Positions 23,429 to 35,613 of a stretch of DNA of 64,000 bases are shown piece after piece. The stretch is taken from contig JANJGN010000014.1 in the NCBI GenBank assembly GCA_026770705.1, positions 83,018,001-83,082,000 on the forward strand, given 5' to 3'. Position 1 is the first letter of the stretch, and each line of letters begins with the position of its first letter. Source of the DNA: Isurus oxyrinchus (Eukaryota). Under the pieces are notes generated by a model, which worked only from the letters and a program-made list of their open reading frames with translations, did no database searches and was not told where the DNA came from. Made by a program: the position numbers and the translations under genes.

Positions 23429-24349
23429 GTACTTAAATGTATATGTGCTTAAGTTCCCATCTTAGGTGACCCAGCGAATTTGAAGCTAGCCTTTTTTGGC
23501 GATGCTTCACATGCTAATTTTTCTAATGGATATTCTAGCACAGCTGGTTTGATAGTATTTCTGATGGGGGAGAATGGGAAATGTCCTTTAGCTTGGGAAG
23601 CTAGGAAAATAAGAAGGGTTGTGAAAAGTACTTTGGCTGCCACAACACTGGCTCTTGTGGAGGCAGTGGTTACAGGATTATATCTATCAAATCAGACTAG
23701 AACTGTGGTTATTAAATGAAGAGGTTCGTGTTTGCAATGTGTAAATCTGTAAATAAATGCTATAAAAATGTATAAATATTGGTTCATGTTCTGTCCTTCA
23801 CCTCTGGGCTTTGTAGATTTTAACATCAGGGCATCATCCCATGGATTAACTTTGAAATATGCTAGCAAGAAAGTAGAGAAAAATTTCAAGCCACAGCTGA
23901 CAATTACTGTTGTTATATGTGTCAGGCCTATGTTGTACATCAGCTGCAGGTGTCATTGCAGCAGATGCCAGGGCAGGATATCTTTTAATCTGCTAACCTA
24001 AATTCTGAGAAAGTAGTATTCCACATTTGTTGACCTGCATATCATTTGTCTCTGTTTCTACCGTAGCCCCTTCACTGCCAGAAAGGGGGTTAAAGACAAG
24101 AGCAAGGGAATACATTTTGCAACAATGTTCTGAAAGCAATGTGTTTGATATTTTTGATCTTCAGTTGGAAGACATTGTTTTTCAGCCATAACAGGTATTT
24201 CTACTGCAGGAAGTAGCTGTAGTGTTGGGGGGATGTGATGGTGAGATAGAGCTAGATATCATCCACATGCAAATAGAAGCTGATCTCATGCTTCTGGATG
24301 ATACTGAAATGTGAAGTCACAGAAACCCCGAAGGAGTGAAGACTTGGAA

Positions 24350-25988
24350 TTATAGGGTCTCCTCCTCTTTTGCTTTTCTTTGTATCGGGGAAATATACAT
24401 GCCCCAAGGGCAAAGTTCAAGACAATCATCCCCATCATGCCTGTGAGGCCCTGTATTTTTCCGTCTCTGTAAACTGTGTAATATATTTAACCTAAGCATG
24501 GACTTTCTCTGAGTCAGGACAATTCGGCAGTCCTTTAAACATGGTGAATGGGACCCAATTCTGGGATTTCCACCCCCATTCCCGTTTCTGGCCATTTTTG
24601 CCAGCAAGGGATAAGGATCCAGGTAGCCTGCCCACATGCAGCACATCCACCTTTGCCAGCTCCATTGCAGGAGTAAGCAGTTTAAACACCCTTTCAATTT
24701 TAATGGCCTCTTCTGCATGTAGACATGGTTCACAGCCTCTCAATGAAGATATGAACCACAGGGGAACCCCAGTTCCAAGTTGGGAACCACAAAAAAGTCA
24801 CCAGCTCCAGGAACTCTTTCATTGACAGGCTTTGAAATACACACAAAAAAATTTCTTTCAGTTTCAGTAGTTAATGCTAAGTTGCAAGTTAGATGTGATT
24901 TTACTGCAGTGATTGATTATTGGGCTCTGTCCTGCAAAGTTAAATTGACCATTACTAAACCAGAGATCCCAAGCAGTGGTGAATGCATATGCATTCTTAT
25001 GCAATTCTTATGCATTCAAAACCGAAGAAAGCACTGCTTGGGATCTCTAGTGTAATAATTTAAAGTGACTTAAATACCCAGAGACCTTTCAAAATGAAGG
25101 GAAAGCCTTCAGTGGCTTGTACTTGAGAGGAAAACACCTGCTCCTCGACTGCTTTGATTGACAGGACTTCTGATGTAGCTCAGGAAACATAAAGGCTATC
25201 TTTTTTTCTGTTTCAATGGATTCCATTGTTTACATTTCCCAGAGTTTTAAAAAATTATTTTTGATATAATATTATTATGAACACTTGGTTGAGTTTCAAA
25301 AGGTCCAGAACCACTTACCTCATTGGGGTGCTATATAGAAATTTTGGTTGACGGTTGTAAGAGGTTATTAAAGAATTAGCTGTCTTTGATATGGTTAGTG
25401 AAATCGATGTCTGTTTGTTTTTACAATAGATTGACCACTTGAAGGCATTTATTTTTCTTTTGGACTGGCTTTTTTTGAAGGCGCTTTTTCAGTATAGTGT
25501 GTTTGAAGGAGATTAGATTGCTAGAGGTTTATCTTTTAATGTCTATTTCAGATATACCCTGAGGTGTGCATCATGGATACTGGGTAGGTGCCTGTGGCAA
25601 ATACATGGGCCCATGGAGGGGGCATGGGGGTAAAGGAAGCTTGGAGATGGCACGTAAGAGGGAGCATTGGGGTATGAGAGGGCATGGGGTAAGCATGGGG
25701 GGATGGTTGGGGTGAGAGATGAGGGTTTGAGGGCCTGACGTTCATCATTGAAACTGGGCTGATGTCCCAGTAAACCAAGGTGGGCGTTCTAGCCTGCGGA
25801 TGTGGCCATCCGCCCATCTCTGTTATCACCCCAGCCTACCTCCGGAGGTGGCGGGCCCAACTCCATCTCACCCCTGCCTCCACGGAACAAAAATATGGTG
25901 AGGGTGGGCCCCTTTTAAAGGAGATGGGGCTGCTGGGTTGGGAAGTTTCCCTACTTGAACTTCCTGCTTTCTCCACAAAAATCTAGCC
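24350..25988. mobile_element. Degraded non-autonomous DNA-transposon (Harbinger/MITE-like) material
   Basis: GC-rich blocks ending in the TIR-like aaaatctagcc. Boundaries and unity uncertain. Confidence 0.35.
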
Positions 25989-26994
25989 TCTTGTGTCAGT
26001 CTAAGTCACTTCAGTAAATTCACACTCCAGGTTTCAAAAGTACTTGTGAATAATGCCACAGGAGACTTGCTTCTAAATTTTAAAAGAACTTGCTGCTTTT
26101 CTTATGATTATGCAAAACACCTGCCACTGCAGTTTTGCCTGCAGATCGGTTTAAGTTTGCAGTGATGTGTTTTCCTAATATTTACAATTCTAATTGGGAT
26201 TATTATTTCCAGCTGATTTGCTAATAATTTTGTCTCTTACTGTGTAGATCAAAAAGGCAAAACTAAAGACCTTATTGTTAAAAAGAGAATAAACAGAGTA
26301 CATTGATTGGAATAGAAACAAGGTCCTGTTGGTAATTTATGCAATAGAAAATGTACATTGTCATTTGAGTATTGCAGATTGTATTAAATCCTCACAGAAG
26401 CCCCATGAAATGAACTCTACCTCTGTGGTATCCACCATTTCTACAGTATTCTGAAAGCTGTAATCAGGATGTCATTATGCAGCCTTGTTAGCAATGCTCC
26501 ATAATTATTAAAGCCACATATGCAGCTTTTTACAGGAGTCTTTTAATAATGAATGCATTTTCAAATTGTCTGCTTAGTATGCTTCACAAAGCAATTGAGA
26601 CTCATTAAAAACTGTTCAACTCTTTACATGAATAATATGTGAAATATCTTCAATTGATGCTATTTACTAAGAAATTCTGTAGCAAGGGAATTAAAATGAA
26701 AATGGCTTGTATCTTTTAAAAGCTCTGAAGATTTTCAACAGCAGTAAACAAAAATAATACTAGGAAAGTTCAATGGCTAAACAGAATAGGATACTACTGA
26801 TATAAGCCACAGAAATGGGTCAGTTCTGCGAATGTCCAAACTTGACATGGTTCTGGTGCTTTTCAAATCATTTTATATTGAAAAAGCATGTATCAAAGCT
26901 GAATTGGCCCTTTTGCTTGAAGCCACTTTTAGTTCTACAATTTTTTTTTTCAATATTATTCTGTTTGGTGAGCTGAGGACTACAGGCACAACTT

Positions 26995-27160
26995 TGGTCC
27001 AGATTTTGCTGCCAACGACAAAGCAAGGGCACTCATTGCTGACCACAAAGTAAGTCTTGCAGAAAGATCTAGAAATCTCTCTGGTGAGAATTTCACATCT
27101 GTCGCCATGCAGTAGTACGGCAACTGATAGCAACATTCTTTACTGTGGAATTCCTGGCTC
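26995..27160. mobile_element. Old MITE-like element
   Basis: Ends ggtccagattttgc / ggaattcctggctc resemble the Harbinger MITE TIRs seen elsewhere in the window. Confidence 0.4.
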
Positions 27161-27782
27161 AAAGCTGGAGTAATAATATTGAGCTGCCTAAGTAGCCAAT
27201 CATATTAAAGAATCTTCACAGACATCCAACCAGGAGACAAAAAAATCGGTTCAATAAAATCATTTAAACTTTTTTTACATAGAGCAAAGTTAAAGACTGG
27301 GACATACACATCGGTTGAAGAGAGAAGTCAAATTTTCTTCCAAAAGTTTTTAAACAATTATTATTTAATATGATCCAACTTAAAAATCCTGTTAATTAAA
27401 CATCTAACAGCATTTTGCAATTATAACATTAATTTTTTTGATGGTCAGTTTTGTTGTTTATCAAATTTTATTAATTACATCATAATTAAAACTCAGTTAT
27501 ACTTGACTAAATAAGCTCTAACTTTTTAAAGAGTTTCAAAAGGCGATCTGGAGACATAAAAGTTGAATTTCTTATTAAATTCATGACTCCCATATGTGGG
27601 GAGTCAACAGTGCAGCCTTTGGCAGGACCCCGAGTGATAGACCATACCTTCAGTATCTTCACATATCCAACATCCCAAATTTGTGGTCAGTTTCAGAGGG
27701 TTAATGACTGCAAATCGCAGCCCAATCTTTTAAATTTGTAACAGTAACAGTGGATGTCCAATAGCATTGCCCCTGTTACCAT

Positions 27783-28102
27783 GCTGTTCCCCTTAGTTGA
27801 AGGGTCAGTCACAAGGGGGCATAAGTTCAAGGTGAGGGGCAGGAAGTTTAGGGGGGATGTGAGGAAAAACTTTTTTACTCAGAGGTTGGTGATGGTCTGG
27901 AACACACTGCCTGGGAGGGTGATGGAGGCGGGTTGCCTCACATCCTTTAAAAAGTACCTGGATGAGCACTTGGTACATCATAACATTCAAGGCTATGGGC
28001 CAGTGCTGGTAAATGGGATTAGGTTGTTAGGTCAGGTGCTTCTCACATATCGGTGCAGACTCGATGGGCCAAAGGGCCTCTTCTGCACTGTGATTCCGTG
28101 AT
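27783..28102 (+). mobile_element. CR1 LINE 3' fragment (same subfamily as 6064-7323)
   Basis: LFPLVEGSVTRGHKFKVRGRKFRGDVRKNFFTQR, nearly identical to 7005-7323. Confidence 0.92.
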
Positions 28103-28159
28103 TTAGAGAGCACTTTTCCTACCTTCACGTCAACCAGGTGTAATGTATGAGATGTTGGT

Positions 28160-29500
28160 GCTTGAAGCTCACCACCTCTTGCAACTAGACCCATAGCCAC
28201 ACAACAGGACCAATACAAGGCTGCCAGTGGCCCTTAAGATCACTGTAGCCCTAAATTTCTGCTCTAATCAATCCTTTGAGTAGTAGCCTAAGCATATTTT
28301 TGGGAGTGGAAACTTACCTAGCACCTGCACCCCCCTCTCAACCTTGCAAACTGGGAAACTGGAAAAACAAAAGACTATACGTTTGGGCATAATCGGTTGC
28401 ATGAGTTGTCAGATGGTGCTAACCTGAGGGATTTTTTTGGATTTACTCCTTTAGCCATTAGCTCATGATGTTGTTGTTAATGTTGAAAGTCACTGCATGG
28501 CAGGGCTTAGAGGGCCACAGACATAGGTGTGATCTTGTCCTCCAGGTATGCAAAGGGAAAAGTTCCTGTTTGCCACTTCCCTCCTCCAGGTTGCCACTTC
28601 CACTCTCCCAAACCTCTCTACTTCCAGGCCCTCCTGATCAGTATGACTTTTTTTTCAACTCATTCCGGCTTCTTTCTGTTTTCCCGTGCTCTCCGTTGAT
28701 TGTGATGCCACTATGATATAATTGATTTCTCCTGTTTGGTTTAGCTCCTGGTGCTGCTGCTGGTGTCTTCATTGTCTTCAAGCTCACCAAAGAGAAGCAA
28801 GTAGAGGCTTTGCCAAGCTAATGGGATTCATAGTGGCGCATGGTGCAATTAACCACACCTGCGACTCTGTAGGCCCGACATGTTAATGGGGAGATGTACT
28901 GCAACCACGAGGGCTACCACTCAATGAACACACAGTTGGTGTGTGACCATGCCCAGAAGACCCTACTGGTCAATGCCTGCTATCTTGGCACCAATCATCC
29001 TGTGACAATCAGGCATACCTGCCATCTCTAAGCCACCATGAAGAAACAGAGGCTGGCTGCTGGCTGACAAGGAATGTCTGATCCACATCTGATTCATGAC
29101 TGCAGTGTATCATTTAACCATGCATGGGCCGCTTGTCTACAGCTCTCTTTGGGCATGTCTTGGGTAAACCATCAGCATCCTGAAGCAACAGCTTCACTGC
29201 TTCAAATGCTTGCGAGGAGCCCTCCAGTACTTCCCGACGCATGTCTTCAAGTTCATGGTGGCATTTCCATTTGCTATATTCCACCACAACGCTTTCTTGG
29301 ACAAAATCCTGGAAAAAAGTGACCACTGAAAGACCATTCCATTAAAACTTTATCCAACGACACTTAACAATAATTCATGCAAAACTGGGTATTCCCTAAG
29401 TACTTGTCCTGCCTGACCTAGTGCTCTTATGTAGTACTTACACAGTGGCAGCATGGCTGGTGGAAGGCTGCTCACCTTCACTGTGAAAGACTGCAGATGG
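28160..29500 (+). pseudogene. Fragmented HARBI1-like transposase relic
   Basis: LPVALKITVALNF (28224-28260); FAKLMGF..HGAINHT..YCNHEGYHSMNTQLVCDH..WLLADK (28810-29075). Confidence 0.75.
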
Positions 29501-29513
29501 CCTTGGAGGATGA

Positions 29514-29742
29514 CCTTAAGGTTGGCCGGCAGGTCCTTTAATTACATAATTGACTCTGTCAATGGCCTCAATTGGCCCTTGACAGGTCGGTAGGCGCGCA
29601 GCTGATTTTGCTGCGCCTCCGCTTCCTGAAAATTTAAATGGGGTGCGGTGATGTCGGGAGTTCCCCCCGATGTCACCGCATGTCCTTTTATGTGTCGGTG
29701 AGCAGGCTCCGCCCCCGCTCGCTGACGCGTAAAATCCTGCCC
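29514..29742. mobile_element. Harbinger-type MITE, right half
   Basis: ccttaaggttgg...taaaatcctgccc terminus; homologous to 44640-44872. Confidence 0.8.
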
Positions 29743-29744
29743 AG

Positions 29745-31030
29745 AAAAATTCAAGGCAATCAGACAGAGTCAACATGGTTTTGTGCAAGGGAAATCATGT
29801 TTAACCAATTTATTGGAGTTCTTTGAAGGAGTCACATGTGCTGAGGATAAAGAGCAACCAGTGATGTACTGTATTTAGATTTCCAGAAGGCATTTGATAA
29901 AGTGCCACATCAAAGGTTATTGCAGAAAATAAAAGCTCATGGTGTAGCGGGTAACATATTGGCATGGATAGATGATTAGCTAGCTAACAGGAAGCAGCGA
30001 GTTGGCATAAATGGGTCTTTATCTGGTTGGCAGGATGTGATGAGTGGGTGTGACACAGGGATCAGTGTTGGGGCCTCAACCTTTTACAATTTATATAAAT
30101 GACTTAGATGAAAGGACCGAAGGAGTGATTGCTAAATTTGCTGATGACACAAAGATAGGTGGGGAAGTAAGTTGTGAAGAGAATGTTAAGGAGGCTACAA
30201 GGAGACATAGATAGGTTATGTTAGTGGGTAAAGATCTGACAGGAAGAATAAAAAAGAAGCTTATTATCTAAATGGTGAGAGCTTGCAGAGCCCTGAGATT
30301 CAGAGGGATCTGGGTGTCCTTTTGCATGAATCACAAAAAGGTTAGTATGCAGGTACAGCAGGTAATTAGGGAATCTAATAGATTGCTATCATTTATTGTG
30401 AGGAGCATTGATTACAAAAGTAGGGAGGTTATGCTTCAGTAGTACAGGGCATTGGTGAGACCACATCTGGAGTACTATATACAGTACTGATCTCCTTATT
30501 TAAAGTAAGATGTAAATGCATTAGAAGCAGTTCAGAGGAGCTTTACTAGACTAATACCAGGAATGGGTGGGTTGTCTTATGAAGAAAGGCTGGACAGGTT
30601 AGGCTTAAATGCATTGGAATTTAGAAGAGTAAAAGGTGGCTTAATTGAAACCTTTAAGATCCTGAGGGGTCTTGACAGGGTGGATATGAAGAGGATGTTT
30701 ACTCTTGTGGGGAGAATCTAGAACGAGAGGTCACTGTTTAAAAATAAAGGGTCACTTATTTATGACAGAGATGAGGAGAAATTTTTTCTCTCAGAGGGTT
30801 GTGAGTCTTTGGAACTGTCTTCCTCAAAAGGCAGTGGAAGCAGAGTCTGAATATTTTTAAGGTAGAGCTACATAGATTCTTGATCAACAAGGGGGTGAAA
30901 AGTCATCGGGGATAGGCAGGAATGTGGGGTTGAGGTTACATTCAGATCAGCCATGATCTTATTGAATAGCGGAGCAGGCTCGAGGGGCCGCGTGGCCTAC
31001 ACTTGGTTCTAATTTGTACGTTCACATAAG
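29745..31030 (+). mobile_element. CR1 LINE RT plus 3' UTR, decayed
   Basis: SQHGFVQGKSCLTNLLEFF, YLDFQKAFDKVPH, QGSVLGPQ, KFADDTKIG. Confidence 0.93.
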
Positions 31031-31689
31031 CTGGCCCATGAAGTCTCCTTTTCCCCTGCAGCTCCCTCATGCTTGATGACCTACCACATGCTGTTCCCAA
31101 ATATATACTACCCTCTAAGATATGCACTGTTCTAATATAAGTGTCAGATCAAGCGACAGTGTTTATTCATCAGAGGCCTTGTGTTACTTTGCCCTTTGGC
31201 TTGAGTCTGCACTCCTTGGCCAGCTGGAAAATCTTGGGTATCTGACATTAGAAATGCAGAAGGGGACGGGTGAGAGAAGTGGGAAGGGGTGGACAGCCAC
31301 ACATCCTTAGTCACACACACGATCTGCAGCTTGCACTTCAAGCCAGATAGCAGAATGAGGGTGAAGTGGGATTTGAGAAGATGTATAAGCCAGGAACATA
31401 CTGTCTTCCTGTATGTTCTCAGCAATACTCATTGCAAGGCCTCAGTCACAACCAGCCCTATGATACAGAGCACCATCTCTTCAAAAGTGCTCAGGAGATG
31501 CATGTGTACCCCTCTCCTGCTGGCCTACTGAAATTCAGCTGCTAAAGCACATCCCTCTGCTATGCTAAGAAGCCTTGATTATTTCAGTAGCTTTTCAAAA
31601 TATTTTGCATTTAATATCATGGCTCGCCTTATCATTTTCTTTTGCTACCTCTTGTCAATCTCATATCCTGTTGTCACTTGCTGCCTCCG

Positions 31690-33130
31690 ACACTGACCCA
31701 TCTCTAAACACCTTTGTCATTTCACACCCCACCCACTACTTCCATCAACCTCTTGTTTCTCCAACAATCAGGCTCTAAGCACACAAATTTTTCTGCCCAC
31801 TACTCCCTTCTGCAGCCCCTGAGATTTCTCAGTCATAAAACTGAGACCATTCGTCGGCTGCATCCGTTGCATCTTCCCATTTTCTGTTGCCCAAAAAGCC
31901 AAACTTCATCAAAGGATTCCCCTGACCTAACATTTGGTTCTGTTTCTCTGCTAACCCACCTCATACCCTCTCCAAGCTTTTCTTGTCTACGAGACCTACC
32001 TCCAGCTCTTTCGACTCTATTCCCACTAAATTGCTGATCAACTAATTTCCCTTCCCAGCCCTCATGTTAGCTAACATTGTAAACTGTTCCATCACCTCAG
32101 GTACTATCCAATTTCCTTTCTCAACTGTAGTCACCACCGCCCCTCAAAAAAGCCACTGCTGATCTTGTTGTCCTTGTGCACTACCACCCCATCACCAATT
32201 TCTTTTCCCTTCCTAAGCCTGTGAATTTGCTTTCACTTTACTATTCCATGCCATCTTTCCCACAACTTCATGTCTCAATAATCTTCAATCAAGTCTCCAC
32301 CCTTGCCACAGCATTGAAATACCCCAAATCAACATCACAAATGACATCCTCTGTGACTCTGACCATGATGCACTATCCCCCCTCCTTTGTGACCATTCTG
32401 CTGCCTTTTACACAGTCAACCACATCATCCTTGTCCAACACCTTTCCTTTGTTAACCAGCTGATTGGAATTGCCCTCTCCTAACTTCATTCTTGCATATC
32501 CAGTCACAAGTCAGAGAATATTCTGTAATTGCCTCTGTTCCCACCTCTGCACCAAGGATCTATTATTTGCCTCTTCCTATTTCTTTTCTACATTCTGCTC
32601 CTTGCTCACATAATCTGAAACCATGGCATCAAGTTCCACATGTACACTGACAATTCTCTACCTATCCAACTGTTCTTTCAATCGCTGCACTGCCTCTGTG
32701 TTATTAGACTGCTTGTCCAATATTCGGCCCTGAATAAGCTGCAGTTTTCTTCAGTTAAACATGGGGAAGATTACTGAAGACATTGTCTGATTCCATATGC
32801 TCCCTGTCCACTATCTCAAACTAAACCGGATTGCTTGCAACCTTGCCGCTGCCTTAGCCCATTGCTAAAATCATCACTCATGCTTTTGTCACCTCCAGAT
32901 TTGATTATTTCAGTGCTCTTCTGACCAGCCTTACATCTCAATTATCCACGAATTTGGGCTCGATCCAAATCTCTGCTGCCCATATCCTAACCCACATCAA
33001 ATGCCGTGCACTCACCACCCCTGAGATCATTAACCCAGTTCTCAGCTGCCTGCAATTTGACATTCTCATCTTTTTGTTTAAATTCTTTTCTCCCATCTCC
33101 CTATCTCTGTTACCTCCTTTTACCCTAGTG
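31690..33130 (+). mobile_element. L2 LINE fragment, old
   Basis: Pyrimidine-rich; yields LDSIPTKLL, YHPITN, SAAFYTV, FHMYTDN, HAFVTSRFDY L2 motifs; homologous to 38640-40435. Confidence 0.75.
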
Positions 33131-34159
33131 CTCAAAGTTGGTGTTTGCAGGCAGCAAATTGGGCAGAAAAATTTCTGAAGTTTTCCTCAGAAAATACCTT
33201 TTTGGTTAACAGTCCCAAAGCTCATTGCTTGCATTGTTTTAATGTCTTGAATCGAAAATAGAAAATAAATTTCCTTACATTCTGCCTGTTTTTTCCCTGT
33301 CAAATGTATTGGTTTGAGATTGCAAACATGATCAATGTTCATTCTATTCAGAAGACAAATATCCTTAACAACATTTGGAGCTTGCTCTAATGATGCAGCA
33401 TGAACTGATTAGTAAGAATCAGAACATTTACAGAAAACCAGTTTGCAAAACCCAACTCAATACTTCAAGTCCACCTTCTGTTGAGGTTCATAATCATTTA
33501 TGGAAACAAACTGTAAAATAAACAGATATATTTGACTTTCCACTGGAAAATGGTACATTTTCTATAAACAGTTAGTGTTAAAGGTTATTTTTTTTGTCAA
33601 TGATTTTAACTTCTATTCTCTATTACTGGAATCAGCATGTAAGGTGTTTACACCCGAGAATTCACTAAGGACTTCTCAAAGGAAAACAATTTAGATCAGC
33701 CCCAGGTGGCTGATGTATTCTTCACAGTTGGGAACAGATAAGCCTGAGGACAATAGTAAGTTCATGGTATCAATCAGCTGAAGCCATCAGATGACAAGCA
33801 TCTTTGCTATTTTCAATTGTTGCCTACACTCAATATATGGATGAATTGTTAATATTTACGAGAAGTGATAAGAGGTATAGTTGTCCCCTGCTTTGGTTTT
33901 AGCTACATGGGTATTCAAACCTACCTGAATACCAGCCACGAGTAGTAACTTTGATTGCCAGTTGTTTGAGACTTTTTTCGGAGTAGAGTCACTGATTGGC
34001 GAGAGCCTCTGAAATGGATAACATGGGCTGCCATTAGTTCTCATTCTAAAATTATATTTGCAATCTATGACCAGTTGCAGTAAGTTTTAGTCTCACAGCC
34101 AAAAGCTGTAAAGCTGTGTGTTTATAAAATGTCCAAGCCAGTTCTGCAAGAAAAATAAT

Positions 34160-34445
34160 GAACTTGCACTTATATGGCACCTTTCATATTTTCAGTATTC
34201 CCCAAAGTGCTTCACAACCAATTACTGGCTTTTGAAGTACTAGCATTGTAAATATGTATAGAAATACAAATAAAAATTAGAAAAATAAGCAGTTAATATG
34301 TTTTGGTAGTTTTGATTGAGGGCTAAATATTGGCCTGGGTTCCATAAGTAACTCTAATGTTTTTATTGAAATAAGCCTTGACACTGTTCAGCTGACCCTT
34401 AATAGGCAGATGAGGCTTCAGTTCACCAGCTCACCTCAAACGGCA
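34160..34445 (-). mobile_element. DeuSINE/SacSINE1-like SINE fragment
   Basis: aacttgcacttatatggcacctttca..cccaaagtgcttcacaaccaat..ttttgaagt..ttgagggctaaatattggcc resembles the Deu domain and L2-type tail as recalled; not aligned computationally. Confidence 0.6.
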
Positions 34446-34535
34446 TTGGCAAGAAATTCCTGAGATATTAATGAAGCTTGCAATTATTACTTCATAAAAA
34501 ATTCAGTAATTTTCAGTTTTAAATAGAAACACCTT

Positions 34536-35066
34536 GGCCAGAGTTTTACATGAAATTGCGCAAAATGACAAGCATGCGTCCTGACATCATTGCGCACATC
34601 AACAATATCGAGGTTGGCGGACGCGTGTGGGAGTCAGACCCGTGCCCAACAACAATTGAAGGGCTAATTAAGGCCATTAAAAGCCCTATTGTCCACGATT
34701 TTACATTGTCCATGCGATTTTGCACTCATCGCACGGGCAAAATGGGCAGGCGGGTAGCCCCTTTTTAATGAAACCTCACCAAGTGCATGATGAAATGTCT
34801 GGTGTGAAACATAATAAAAGATGCCTGAGAACTGATGTTTTTTGAGTTCTACTGTCAGGTGCTTGAATGTGTTGTACAGACACAGTTTGATGCATTTTTT
34901 TCTTGTCACTTAATCTGTGCAAGTCTGCAGCTCTGCAGCAACTGTCTACCTTCAGACCAGCGAATGTGAAATTGCATTCGGGGACCGATCACGGGCGGAG
35001 ACGCATTTCATTTCCGCTTCCTGGCCTGCCAACCTGGCGCACATGCCAAGCATGACATTCAGGCCC
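34536..35066. mobile_element. Harbinger-type MITE (family of 21705-22370)
   Basis: Ends ggccagagtttta / acattcaggccc; shares cctgacatcattgcgc and atgaaacctcacc blocks. Confidence 0.75.
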
Positions 35067-35613
35067 TTGAGTTCTAACTCCCTACAATTTCTATTAGTTT
35101 TGCCAAAGCTGATTAAAGTATGTTACTGCTGTGAGGCACTCCATTTGCCCTTAATAGTGATCATGAAATTGTTAGATTTATAATTTTAATTTTCATTATT
35201 CCTGCCTCAACCATTTAGTGCTGTAGATGATCCTGTTAATGGTGTCTTCACAGTCCAAGCATGACATTCAACTTTGGAAGCCTACAAAGGCAAAAACAGA
35301 GTTGCGGAGTTGCACTCCAGAAAGCAGTGAATTGCCCCTTGAGAGTTTTTAAGCAATCTATCAATTCTGGCAATATTTTAGTTCCAGTCTTACCATTTAT
35401 ACTCCTGTTTATGTCGGACAGCAATAATTTTCAGGATGCAAAGCTGTTCCAACACTCAAAAATGCAAACTAGACAGATTCCTTTCAGAAAGTAACTTGGG
35501 GATACAGTATAAGAGTAATTTGAGATATAACAATGTAAGTATAGCATGCTTTGGAGGAAAAAGATGACTTTGGACCAGGTTCCCAAAGCTCTCCCTTGCC
35601 AGACCTTTCCTTG

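Larger units (their letters stand above)
16158..23700 (+). mobile_element. Decayed Ty1/Copia LTR retrotransposon pol (integrase, RT, RNase H; GalEa-like), fragmented by nested insertions
   Basis: HGQFVHP (HHCC start, 16158); FILHFVELATRF..FLIDNGGEF..SERNHAVIE (integrase, ~16.8-17.1 kb); FMIYVDDF (~21612-21637); WLCIRTRPDASFDV (~22.6 kb); FFGDASHAN..PLAWEARKIRRVVKSTLAATTLAL (RNase H, 23480-23700). INT before RT is Copia order. Confidence 0.88.

Noticed and set aside
26972-27049. Possible exon ending at a GTAAGT donor (AEDYRHNFGPDFAANDKARALIADHK)
   Set aside because: The donor lies inside a MITE-like element starting ggtccagatttt, and the acceptor is weak.
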